From assembly GCA_964490445.1 (NCBI GenBank), contig CAZBDA010000010.1, positions 7,830 to 71,829 of the forward strand: DNA of 64,000 nt, written 5' to 3'. The first letter of the stretch is position 1. The number at the start of each line of letters is the position of its first letter. The position numbers and the translations under genes are program-made. This document shows positions 27,608 to 36,342 of the stretch, one piece after another. This DNA is from an uncultured Rickettsiales bacterium (GTDB lineage: Bacteria > Myxococcota_A > UBA796 > UBA9615). Under the pieces are notes generated by a model that saw only the letters and a program-made list of their open reading frames with translations, was not told where the DNA came from and did not search any database.

Positions 27608-27645
27608 GTAACCAGGGTGTTTCGCCTTGTTACCGGGTGTTTCAA
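27608..27645 (-). promoter_or_regulatory. Conserved 38-nt element E2 (minus-strand ttgaaacacccggtaacaaggcgaaacaccctggttac), ~95 nt upstream of the secreted-protein/STAND-regulator operon
   Basis: Same orientation and similar distance to its downstream gene as E1. Out-of-frame table ORFs 20974..(+) and 27023..27802(-) share E-T-x-x-NKAKH-x-GYS, translated from this motif. Confidence 0.45.
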
Positions 27646-27689
27646 TGAGAGACTGCTCTACAAGGAACCATCCACAGAAGGACTTGCCG

Positions 27690-28148
27690 ATGGCAGGGGA
27701 ACGCAAGATCTGGGTCGATGCTGATGCCACTCCCCGTCCCGTGAAAGAGGTTCTCTTCCGGGCCGCCGAGCGTCGGGGCGTCGCTGTACTGCTTGTGGCC
27801 AATCGCTGGTTTCCGCATCCTCGGCACGCATTGGTCGGCTTCGTGCAGGTCGAGCAGGGACCCGACGAAGCTGACCACTACATCGCCGAGCATGCCGGGC
27901 CAGGTGACCTGGTAGTGACTGCCGACATTCCTCTCGCAGCCCGCGTGATTGCCAGTGGCGTAGCTGTCATTCAGCCGCACGGACGCGAACTCGACGCCGA
28001 AAGTATCGACGAAGCCCTGGCGCTGCGAGATTTCAAGGAGGCTTTGCGCGACTCAGGCACGATGACCGGTGGCCCGCCGCCGTTCAGCGCGAAGCACAAG
28101 CAGCGCTTCTCGAATGCATTGGACCGCTGGGTCAGCGCTCGTCGCTAG
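27690..28148 (+). CDS. YaiI/YqgE-like UPF0178 (DUF188) protein
   Basis: KIWVDADATPRPVKEVLFRAAERRGVAVLLVAN matches the KIWVDADACP...VKE start of the YaiI family from memory. ATG 27690 was chosen within the longer table ORF. Confidence 0.7.
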   Translation: MAGERKIWVDADATPRPVKEVLFRAAERRGVAVLLVANRWFPHPRHALVGFVQVEQGPDEADHYIAEHAGPGDLVVTADIPLAARVIASGVAVIQPHGRELDAESIDEALALRDFKEALRDSGTMTGGPPPFSAKHKQRFSNALDRWVSARR

Positions 28149-28197
28149 GCAGAGGACGTCTTGTTCGGAACCCGCCGGATGCCTTGACGGTGCGCCG

Positions 28198-29514
28198 CTA
28201 CAGGTTTGTTGAGGTGATATGCCAGGTGAGCACGTCGCCCTCGATGGCTCCGATGTCCTCAGGTTCGAGCATTGCTCGCTGAGTGTTCCAGCGGTAGCGA
28301 CGCAGCACCTTCTCCCGGTCGGACACTACATACAGCTCCGGCCTCCCATCTCCGTCGAGGTCGGCAGCGGTTGCGGCGTGCTCGTAGCCGCCCGAGTTGC
28401 TACCGAAGCCTCGCTGTTGCCACTGCTCGCCGTCTTCGCTGTCGAGCAGGAACAGTCCGATATTCATGGTGGTTGCGACCAGTTCGCGGCGTCCATCGCC
28501 GTCGAAGTCTGCGGCCAGCAAGACTCGGCACTGCCGGTCGGGGAACTCGGCGATGGTGTCGTGCCGGAAGTTGCCATCTGGCATCAAGCGGTGACGGCGA
28601 ATGGTCACCGGGCCCGTAGGCTTGCCTTCTTCATCGAGGGGTGCCTCCCAGACGCTGAACAGGCTGGCCTTCTGCTCGTCACCGAGAGGTGTTGCGAGGA
28701 TCTCCTTGGCGTGGGTGTCCTCGCGGCTCTCGACCACGGTTCGTCCGAAGCGCCCGTCCTGGTACCGGTACATGACGACGGCACCGGCCTGGGACTGGCC
28801 GAGACGGTTGCGAGCTGAGGGCGTGGCGAAGAACTCGACCCGTCCGTCTCCGTCGATGTCGCCGACTTCGATCTCGTGCACGAAGGTGCCGGGTGTGGAG
28901 TCGAGTTCGACGACTGAAGGATCCTGGCCCGGCCTGCTCTGCTCCAGTACGGCGATGACTCCCTGGTCGTGGGTGGCGAGGATGAACTCGTCTTCGCCGT
29001 CGTGGTCGACGTCGGCCTGTTCGAGGTCCCGTAGACGGTTGAACCTGCCGTCCCAGCGTCCCTCCCAGAGCGTTTCGTGCTGCCAGTTACCCGAGCGGAC
29101 CGTCCACCTGCGGAGCAGTGCCCTGCTGCCGCCCAGGGTGACCAGCGAGTCGCCCAGCGCGTGGCTGCCGTGGAACACATCGGAGTCGGGGTCGTCGAGC
29201 TGGTAGCTTTGCCAGCGGCCGTTCTCATCTCGCCAGATGGACAGGCGCGCCGGGCCGGCTGTGGTCTCTTTGCCCGTGCGCGTGAACACCGACTGGCTGA
29301 GGATGAGGGTCGGCCGGGCCCCGCCCTGGGGCGGAGCGGCCGACACGGCTGGGGCTGTCGGGTCCTGGTCGGCAGGAGCAGGACTGGGTTCCGACGGGAC
29401 AGTTGCATCTCGGCAGCCGGTCAGAGCGGTGACCACGGCGAGCAGAGCGACCAGTAGCAGTCGATCGTTGCACCGACTGCGCGCCTTGCTGTCCTGCCCG
29501 TTGGTTTCAGTCAC
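28198..29514 (-). CDS. Lipoprotein with FG-GAP/VCBS-like repeats (DxDGDG Ca-binding loops)
   Basis: Lipobox LLAVVTALTGC. Repeated ADFDGDGRRE, GDIDGDGRVE, ADLDGDGRPE, VDHDGEDE loops spaced about 50-60 aa apart. Confidence 0.6.
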   Translation of the reverse strand: MTETNGQDSKARSRCNDRLLLVALLAVVTALTGCRDATVPSEPSPAPADQDPTAPAVSAAPPQGGARPTLILSQSVFTRTGKETTAGPARLSIWRDENGRWQSYQLDDPDSDVFHGSHALGDSLVTLGGSRALLRRWTVRSGNWQHETLWEGRWDGRFNRLRDLEQADVDHDGEDEFILATHDQGVIAVLEQSRPGQDPSVVELDSTPGTFVHEIEVGDIDGDGRVEFFATPSARNRLGQSQAGAVVMYRYQDGRFGRTVVESREDTHAKEILATPLGDEQKASLFSVWEAPLDEEGKPTGPVTIRRHRLMPDGNFRHDTIAEFPDRQCRVLLAADFDGDGRRELVATTMNIGLFLLDSEDGEQWQQRGFGSNSGGYEHAATAADLDGDGRPELYVVSDREKVLRRYRWNTQRAMLEPEDIGAIEGDVLTWHITSTNL

Positions 29515-29523
29515 GCGCTCTCC

Positions 29524-30429
29524 TTACAGCCAGCCTGCGGATGACGCGCGCAGGGCAGCGATGAACGCGGGGGTGGTACCACAGCAGCCACCGACCATCG
29601 ACACGCCTGCCTGCAGGGCCGCTTGCTGGTCGCGGGCAAAGGCACCAGGGCTCGCGGGATAGCGCAGACCGTCCGGGGTCTCGCGCGGCTGGCCAGCGCA
29701 GGGCTGTAGGACCAGGGGAAGTTCGGTGGCCTCCAGTATCTGCCGACCGAGCCGAAGCATCTGCCCGGAGTCGAGGTTGCAGTTGCAGCCCACGGCGGTG
29801 GCGCCCGCCGCTCGCAGCCTCTGCAGGGCGAAATCGACGCGGTCGCCAGCCAGAGTACGGAAGCCGCTGTCGACTTCCGCGCAGGCTACTGAGGCAATGA
29901 CGGGCAGCCCTGTGGCCACCGCAGCCTGCACCGCAGCCTGCGCCTCGCCCAGATCACACATCGTCTCGATGGAGATCAAATCTGCACCCGCCTCGCGCAG
30001 CGCCGTCGCCTGTTCGGCAAACGTCTGCTCGGCGATGGACAATTCGCCGTCACCGCTCTGGGGCCAGAGCCCGGTAGGACCGATGTTGCCGGCCACCAGG
30101 ACCTCGCTGCCGGCGGCCTCCCGGGCCAGTCGTACCGCCAGCTCGTTCAGTTCCCGGCAGCGGCCGGCGAGTCGCTCGCTGGTTGCCAGGCGGGCGGGGT
30201 TGGCGCCGAAGGTGTGGGTCTGAATGATGTCGCTGCCGGCGGCAACGAAGGCGCGGTGGGTGGCGAGAATGCGTTCCGGATGATCGAGCAGCCACTCTTC
30301 AGGCTGTCGACCCGGCTCGAGGCCCATGGCGATGAGAGCCGAGCCCATCCCGCCGTCCAGGAGCAGTGGGCCGCCAGAGAACACCCTGCTAAGAACCCCG
30401 GTTCTTCTTTCCGACCCAGCGGAAGCCAT
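29524..30429 (-). CDS. Homocysteine S-methyltransferase (Hcy-binding domain) family protein
   Basis: LLLDGGMGSAL N-terminus, C-terminal GGCCGTTP zinc-binding hallmark. ATG 30429 overlaps the upstream epimerase gene by 41 nt. Alternative GTG start at 30384 lies just after that gene's stop. Confidence 0.75.
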   Translation of the reverse strand: MASAGSERRTGVLSRVFSGGPLLLDGGMGSALIAMGLEPGRQPEEWLLDHPERILATHRAFVAAGSDIIQTHTFGANPARLATSERLAGRCRELNELAVRLAREAAGSEVLVAGNIGPTGLWPQSGDGELSIAEQTFAEQATALREAGADLISIETMCDLGEAQAAVQAAVATGLPVIASVACAEVDSGFRTLAGDRVDFALQRLRAAGATAVGCNCNLDSGQMLRLGRQILEATELPLVLQPCAGQPRETPDGLRYPASPGAFARDQQAALQAGVSMVGGCCGTTPAFIAALRASSAGWL

Positions 30430-31321
30430 CCATGATTGCCACCTCGTCGTACTCGTACTGGAATCCGGTGGCTTCTCGGAAGGCCTTGCCGTCGATGACG
30501 ACCGGATGCTTGACGTGCTCGACCGCGCCGGCTGGGAGATTGGGAAAGCCGAAGCGTCCCAGCACGTGCCGATACAGCGGCTCGGGAATGGGGATGGGCT
30601 GACGGTTGGTACCGAAGCACAACTGGTTGAGCGGTACCGGCGGCGGGCCTTCAACGTTGAACACGCCGCGAAGCTTCTTTTCGAGGGCAAGTCGGATGGC
30701 CAACGCGGCATCGCGCTCATCGATGAACTGGAATAGCGGGTCGAAGCCGGCAACCGTGGGCACACGGTGGGCTGATAGGAAGCCGCCCAGGGTGCCGCGC
30801 GCCGAAGGGCCAAGGGTGTAAACGATGCGTAGCACCGAGGTGTTCAGCTTCGGCCAGCGCCACAGGGCAGCGCCGGCGAACAGGGCAGCCGCGACCAGGT
30901 CGGCGAGCTCGGGGAAGGTGGCTGCGCCGAGGGGGGGCTCGTCTTCGGTACGATATAGGGGGGCGTCTGGAGCCGCCCCGTAGACGGTGTGTCGGCCGAC
31001 GAACACCGCGCTCTTGACCTTGTAGTTGTGGCAGTGATCGAAGATGGACCGGGTGCCGCCCAGGTTGATGCGAAAGCGCTCGCCGGGGCTGGCAGTGAAG
31101 TGGGTGACCGTGGCCAGGTGGACCAGGCCGTCGGGCTTCCAGGTGCGGAACACGTCTTCGGCCGGGCGCTTGCGGACATCGGCCACGACCACCTCGACAC
31201 CTTCCGGCGCGTCGTTCCACGGGCGTCGGTCGATGCCCATGATCTTGTGGCCCCCGCGGAGCAGTTGAGTCGTGACGGCCTGGCCAAGGCCGCCGGTAAT
31301 TCCGGTGACGACGACCTTCAT
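30389..31321 (-). CDS. NAD-dependent epimerase/dehydratase family (extended SDR) protein
   Basis: MKVVVTGITGGLGQAV Rossmann motif. Length and layout fit an NAD(P)-dependent sugar epimerase/reductase. ATGA overlap with the upstream acyltransferase gene. Confidence 0.75.
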   Translation of the reverse strand: MKVVVTGITGGLGQAVTTQLLRGGHKIMGIDRRPWNDAPEGVEVVVADVRKRPAEDVFRTWKPDGLVHLATVTHFTASPGERFRINLGGTRSIFDHCHNYKVKSAVFVGRHTVYGAAPDAPLYRTEDEPPLGAATFPELADLVAAALFAGAALWRWPKLNTSVLRIVYTLGPSARGTLGGFLSAHRVPTVAGFDPLFQFIDERDAALAIRLALEKKLRGVFNVEGPPPVPLNQLCFGTNRQPIPIPEPLYRHVLGRFGFPNLPAGAVEHVKHPVVIDGKAFREATGFQYEYDEVAIMDGFRWVGKKNRGS

Positions 31322-32157
31322 TCGTCGATCCTCCCAGCCTGCTCTCGGAGCAGCCGCTCGCGGCGCGTGACGCGGCCCTCGGCGATCAACTCATCCACCC
31401 GTTCGCGAACCTCGGCAACGTAGTCCGCGATGGTCTCGTCGCTCTCCCGGCCATCGCCCTCGAAGTGCATTGGTTCGCCGTAATGAATGGAGCAGCGGAT
31501 GGGTAGTGGTACCGGCACGATGTGCGCAGGGACTGGCACGTAGGGAGCTCCCAGCAGTTGTGCGAGGGGCTTGATGTGCCAGAGGGTCGGGAAGGCTTCC
31601 TCGCCGCCGATGAACGAGAACGGAATGATGGGGCTGTTGGTCTGCAGGGCGATGCGCATGAAGCCGGTGCCGAAGCGCCTGGTCTGGTAGCGGTCTCGGT
31701 ACAGCTTGCCGATGCCGCGTACGCCTTCCGGGAACACCATGAGCAGCCGTTCATCCTGCAGCAGCCGAACCGCGTGCTGCGGTAGGCCGGGCAGTTGACC
31801 CATGCGGCTGAACATCGGCGAGACCATCGGCCAGTACTGGGCGAACTTCTCCACCATGCCGTGCAGCAGGCGCGGCGGCTCCATCTCGAAGAACACCGAG
31901 GCCAGGACCATTGCAGCATCGACAGGAATGCCGCCCGAGTGGTTGCCGATGACCATCGCGCGGCTGCTGGTCGGCAGGTTCTCGACACCGTGCACCTGGA
32001 CGCGGAAGTAGTGCCGGTAGGCAGGAGCGAGCACCGAGAATACGAAGCCGAGGTGATCCCTGGAGATACCGTAGGGGTCGAGCCCGTAGCGGTTGAAGGG
32101 CAGGGGCATCCGCTTGAGTCGGTCCTTTACCTCGGCGTCGGTCAGGTACTGCCACAT
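31318..32157 (-). CDS. Lysophospholipid (1-acyl-sn-glycerol-3-phosphate) acyltransferase, PlsC family
   Basis: HxxxxD acyltransferase motif in VIGNHSGGIPVD. FPEG motif in LMVFPEGVRG. PlsC-like length. Confidence 0.75.
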   Translation of the reverse strand: MWQYLTDAEVKDRLKRMPLPFNRYGLDPYGISRDHLGFVFSVLAPAYRHYFRVQVHGVENLPTSSRAMVIGNHSGGIPVDAAMVLASVFFEMEPPRLLHGMVEKFAQYWPMVSPMFSRMGQLPGLPQHAVRLLQDERLLMVFPEGVRGIGKLYRDRYQTRRFGTGFMRIALQTNSPIIPFSFIGGEEAFPTLWHIKPLAQLLGAPYVPVPAHIVPVPLPIRCSIHYGEPMHFEGDGRESDETIADYVAEVRERVDELIAEGRVTRRERLLREQAGRIDE

Positions 32158-32261
32158 CGCGATTCGGTTCCCCGGGTTGGCGGACTGGGCCCGCCTTGGC
32201 CGCGCGACCCCGGTGCAGGACGCTGCCAGGGTTCATTCTAGGGTAGCTTCCCCGCGCCCGC

Positions 32262-35200
32262 TCAGTTCTGGCTCGACGAGCGCAGGCCCTCGCCAAGCTC
32301 GCGAGACGAGTCGGACAGCCACTCCTGCAATTGCGAGCATGCCTCGTCCGCAAGTTCATGCTGAGCACGGCGATAGCACTTGCACCTGTCAGCCAGGAAG
32401 GGCTCCTGCCAGGGCACCCAGGGCTCGAACTCGGCAAAGGCATCGATGCATGGCCGTGGATCAGCGGTGGTCAGTGCGACCTGTAGCCGTACCTCCTTGC
32501 GAGCTTCCTCGAGTATGTGTGCCGCGAAGGGCTTGCTGAGGGCAGCGAACAGGGCCGGCGCGAGGCCAGGATCGCGGCGAGCCAGCAGCACCGACAGGTC
32601 CAGCGCCCGAGCCATGACGCTCGTGTCGACCCAGGGGTCGCTCCGGAACGCGACAAAGGCCCGCTCGAGTTCGGCTGCACCCTCTGCGCCACGGCCCAGG
32701 CGGGTGAACATTCGCGCCGAGATTGCGGCGGCCTCGACGGGCCGCCTGGCGTGCAGCGTCGGCAAGAGGTTTGCAGCCTGGGGGTCGGCCTGCTCTGCGA
32801 GACACTCCACGACCAGCAGCAGGTCGATGTCACTGCGAGGGGGCATGGATTGGCTGAACCACTCGTCGCAGGCCAGGGTCAGCTGCTCGGCAGCGAACGC
32901 GCGTCGGGACCGCGTCCGGGCTGCTTCGTCGGCCGGCAGTCCGCGCCGCAGGGGCGGGACTCCGCCGAGGGCGACGTCGCGCGCGGCGGCGAGGTCGCGG
33001 ACCAACTCCCAGTCAACACCTGTCAGGCCAGGTGGCAGGTGCTCACCGCGGTTCACTGCGAGCTTGCGCAGAGCCGGGATCGAGAACAGGCCAGTGCGTC
33101 CGGCGTTTCGTGCGAAGCCGAACTCGATGATCGGGCGGTCGTCGGTGTTGATCCAGGCACCCTCTTGCGCGGCGATCGAACGGGCAAAGCCGGCGTTGGC
33201 CAGGTAGGCGCTGTACAGCCCTTCCAAGCCCGACACCCCCCAGGTGTAGCGCATCCCTGCGTCGAAGGGGGGCTGTGCCAGGCGAGCAGCCAGTCGTTCG
33301 CGGTTGTGGTCGATAGGTTTCCGAGACGCGGTGAAGGCCATGTCCATGTGGTGCACCGTCCAGGTCTCTACCTCCGGGAACACCGAGGCTATCGTGGCGT
33401 AGGCAGTGCGTACCAACTCCGGGTCGACGTGGTAGCCCTGCAACCACTGCACGAAGATGCCGCCCTCTTCGAGGCGATGCTGCACGCCGTCGTAGAAGTC
33501 CTGGCTGAACAGGCTCGAGATCCCTGCGCGGTAGGGATTGGATGGCTCCGAGAAGATGATGTCGTAGCGCTGGTCCGAGGTGAGCAGGTGCTCGCGACCA
33601 TCTCCGATGATGACGTTGACCTTCGGATTGTCGGGTGCGTCGAAGTTTACCGCGCGGCAGGCTTCGGCCACCTCGAGGATGGCGGGCTCGATCTCCAACA
33701 CGTCTACCTGCTCGATTCCCTCGACCTGGGCCAGCCAGCCGGCGGTTGTACCGGTGCCGTGGCCGATGATCAGTGCCTTTTTGGGATTCGGATGCAAGGC
33801 GGCGGCCAGCAAGCCGGACATCACCGTGGTGGCGGCGTCCGCGCGCGCGCTGCTGTCCGACTTGCCGTTGACGATGAAGGTCCAGCCGTTGGTGTCGTCG
33901 AGGGCGACGCTGCTCTCGCGTCCGTCGGTCTCCCAGCGTAGCGAACGGTTGTGGGCATGGACGCTGTCCTTGAAGCCGGCCTGGTCTTCGAACGACGTGT
34001 CGAGCATGCCCAGGCCGATGGGACTGTGGCGCCAGAATGCGGTGGGGCCGGGTGCCGGCAGCAGGGCCAGCCCCACTGCGGCGAGCAGGATGGCAGCCAG
34101 GGGCTTGCCGTGGCGGTCACTGTCGCGCAAGGCCAGCAGCGACGCGATCCCGCCGAGTACCAGCAGTGCAAGCGCCGCGGCCCGCCACGCGCCTGGCGCC
34201 GAAAGCAGGGGGATGAGCCCGAAGCCGCCGACCACCGAGCCGAAAATGGCACCGGCTGTGTTCCAGGCATAGGTCTGACCCACTTCGCGGCCAATTCGCT
34301 CGTCGTCGTCGCCGAGAATCGCGATCAGCAGCGGGAACTGGTAGCCCGACACCAGTGCGGCTGGCAGCACGACGATACAGATCACCACGAGCCAGGCGAC
34401 CACCAGGCCGTCAAAGCCCAGGTCACGCAGCCCCAGCAGTACGCTGGCGAACATGGCGAGATGGTCTCCCAGCGAGAAGGGGACCAGCAGGAGGACAGCT
34501 TCCAATGAGCAGGTGGTGGCAAAGGCGGCCAGTCCCGGTCTGCGCCGGGTGCTGCCGCTTCCGTACAGCAATCCGCCCAGGCCCAGGCCCAACAGCGCGA
34601 TGGCGAGAATCAGACCGAAGGTGTAGGAGGAACCGCCCAGCAGGGGCGCCAGCATTCGGTACCAGACCAGTTCCATCAGCAGGAAGACGCCGCCGACTAT
34701 CGCCGCCGCAGGCAGGATGAAGGGGATGTTACGAGCTCCGCTGCCCCCCTTGTGAATGACATGGTCCTGTTTCTGAGCCGGGGGCGGCCGGTCGCCGCGT
34801 CGCCGGGCCAGGGCGAGCGCGAGGACCACGACGAGACCGTTGATCAAAGCAGCTATCCAGATCGAGGTCCGGATTCCCAGGTGCTCGAGGCTCCAGAGCG
34901 TCGTAACCAGTGCCCCGATGACCGCGCCCAGCGTGTTGGTTCCGTACAGAAGGCCGAGGTACCGCCGTCCGGTATCGCCGGCTTGCTCGGAGAGTTCAGA
35001 TGCAGCCTTCGCTACCGCCGGCAGCGTTCCACCCATGAGGAAGGTGGGCAGGCCGAGGACCACAGTGGAGAGGATGAGCCGCAGGACATTGCCGCCGAAG
35101 TCTCCCAGTTGGGCGCTGCCGCCGAGGCCCAGGTAGATGGACCGTACAGCGATCACCAGCAAGGGGCTTGCCGCTGCGGCCAGGGTGATCCCCAATTCGA

Positions 35201-35483
35201 GCTTCGCGTACAGCTCGATGGGGTTGCGGCTGCGGTCAGCGCGTCGGCCGAGAAGCAGGCTTCCGAAGCCCAGCCCGGCCATGAAGATTGCGACCACCGC
35301 GGCCTGTGATGCCGTGGAGGACCCAAACACCAGCCGCAGCAGGCGCAGCCAGGCTACCTGGTAGACCAGAGCACAGAAGCCCGAAGCAAACAGGAGCAGC
35401 GAGATCGGCAGGGTCGCGATGGGGGCGCCTGCCCGCGCAACGTCCGCGTCCCGGCCTACCGAGGCCGATTCAGATGCACTCAT
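32262..35483 (-). CDS. Fused MFS-like membrane domain / spermidine synthase-like (polyamine aminopropyltransferase) family protein
   Basis: About 450 aa of N-terminal TM helices. Central SpeE-like methyltransferase fold (ALIIGHGTGTTAGWL...VDVLEIEPAILEVA...VIIGDGREHLL...IIFSEPSNPYRAG). Long C-terminal helical region. Matches the 'fused MFS/spermidine synthase' architecture. Confidence 0.7.
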   Translation of the reverse strand: MSASESASVGRDADVARAGAPIATLPISLLLFASGFCALVYQVAWLRLLRLVFGSSTASQAAVVAIFMAGLGFGSLLLGRRADRSRNPIELYAKLELGITLAAAASPLLVIAVRSIYLGLGGSAQLGDFGGNVLRLILSTVVLGLPTFLMGGTLPAVAKAASELSEQAGDTGRRYLGLLYGTNTLGAVIGALVTTLWSLEHLGIRTSIWIAALINGLVVVLALALARRRGDRPPPAQKQDHVIHKGGSGARNIPFILPAAAIVGGVFLLMELVWYRMLAPLLGGSSYTFGLILAIALLGLGLGGLLYGSGSTRRRPGLAAFATTCSLEAVLLLVPFSLGDHLAMFASVLLGLRDLGFDGLVVAWLVVICIVVLPAALVSGYQFPLLIAILGDDDERIGREVGQTYAWNTAGAIFGSVVGGFGLIPLLSAPGAWRAAALALLVLGGIASLLALRDSDRHGKPLAAILLAAVGLALLPAPGPTAFWRHSPIGLGMLDTSFEDQAGFKDSVHAHNRSLRWETDGRESSVALDDTNGWTFIVNGKSDSSARADAATTVMSGLLAAALHPNPKKALIIGHGTGTTAGWLAQVEGIEQVDVLEIEPAILEVAEACRAVNFDAPDNPKVNVIIGDGREHLLTSDQRYDIIFSEPSNPYRAGISSLFSQDFYDGVQHRLEEGGIFVQWLQGYHVDPELVRTAYATIASVFPEVETWTVHHMDMAFTASRKPIDHNRERLAARLAQPPFDAGMRYTWGVSGLEGLYSAYLANAGFARSIAAQEGAWINTDDRPIIEFGFARNAGRTGLFSIPALRKLAVNRGEHLPPGLTGVDWELVRDLAAARDVALGGVPPLRRGLPADEAARTRSRRAFAAEQLTLACDEWFSQSMPPRSDIDLLLVVECLAEQADPQAANLLPTLHARRPVEAAAISARMFTRLGRGAEGAAELERAFVAFRSDPWVDTSVMARALDLSVLLARRDPGLAPALFAALSKPFAAHILEEARKEVRLQVALTTADPRPCIDAFAEFEPWVPWQEPFLADRCKCYRRAQHELADEACSQLQEWLSDSSRELGEGLRSSSQN

Positions 35484-35510
35484 AGAGGTCGCGTGCGGCT
35501 TGCTATGCGG

Positions 35511-36209
35511 TCAGTCGACCAGGTCGAGGACGTAGTCAATGTCGAACGGCCACAGGTCGTCATTGACGACATTCATCTCACGGTCGATGACTACATAGGT
35601 TGGAAAGCCGGTGACGACGTAGTCACCCTGGCTCAGGTTGGTATCGGCAGTTACCGGGTGCTCGAGACCGTACTCGTCGGCCCAGTCGTTGATGTCCGAG
35701 TTTGTCGGAGGGTCGCTGGCAAGGTTCTGTTGCATTGCCGCCAACATGATGACTTCCCCTTCGCCTCGTTCCCACAACTCCTGTCCGTGCGGCGCATTCG
35801 CCTGGCATGGACCGCACCACTGCGCGAACACGTCGAGGACCAGGACCTTGCCGTAGAATTGGTAGATGTCGAGTTCGTCTCCGTGCTGGTCGAGCAGGGT
35901 GGCATCGTGGGCGATGTCGCCGGTGCGATATCCGCTGCCTTCGAGGTCGTCCGGGACGGCGCAGGGCACTGCCTGCCACCAGGTGTTTTCGGGCCAGACG
36001 CGTGTCGTCAGGCCGTTGTCGACGCCCCCTACACAGTCGTTGTCGATGCCGTCGCAGATCTCGTCTGCCTCGGGGTTGATGTCTGCGTTGGAGTCATCGC
36101 AGTCGTCGCTCCGGTAGCCGAAGCCGTCGCCGTCTTCGTCGACCATGCAGCCGCCGAAGGCCAGCGACAGGGCGAGCAGGATCACGACGCTCAGGGGTTG
36201 ACTACGCAT
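35511..36209 (-). CDS. Lipoprotein: MopE-like Cys/Asp metal-binding motif fused to TlpA/ResA-like thioredoxin domain
   Basis: Lipobox ALSLAFGGC. DEDGDGFGYRSDDCDDSNADINPEADEICDGIDNDCVGGVDNG motif. Thioredoxin active site AQWCGPCQ. TlpA-like fold (YGKVLVLDVFAQWCGPC...GFPTYVVID). Confidence 0.7.
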   Translation of the reverse strand: MRSQPLSVVILLALSLAFGGCMVDEDGDGFGYRSDDCDDSNADINPEADEICDGIDNDCVGGVDNGLTTRVWPENTWWQAVPCAVPDDLEGSGYRTGDIAHDATLLDQHGDELDIYQFYGKVLVLDVFAQWCGPCQANAPHGQELWERGEGEVIMLAAMQQNLASDPPTNSDINDWADEYGLEHPVTADTNLSQGDYVVTGFPTYVVIDREMNVVNDDLWPFDIDYVLDLVD

Positions 36210-36342
36210 TGGCAGGGTCTCCAGGGAAGGCTCCAGTCGTTATTGCGGGGCCAGGTCGCGACGAGTGAAGGTCGACAATTCGGAAGAAGCGTAGACCAAC
36301 CCGGGCGGGGAGGCCAGTGAACTGTGGCGCGGCAATTGGGGG

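Noticed and set aside
30430-30813. N-terminal 128 residues of table ORF 29524..30813
   Set aside because: Ser/Arg/Pro-rich, and overlaps the epimerase gene. Homocysteine S-methyltransferase homology begins after the internal Met at 30429 (or GTG at 30384).
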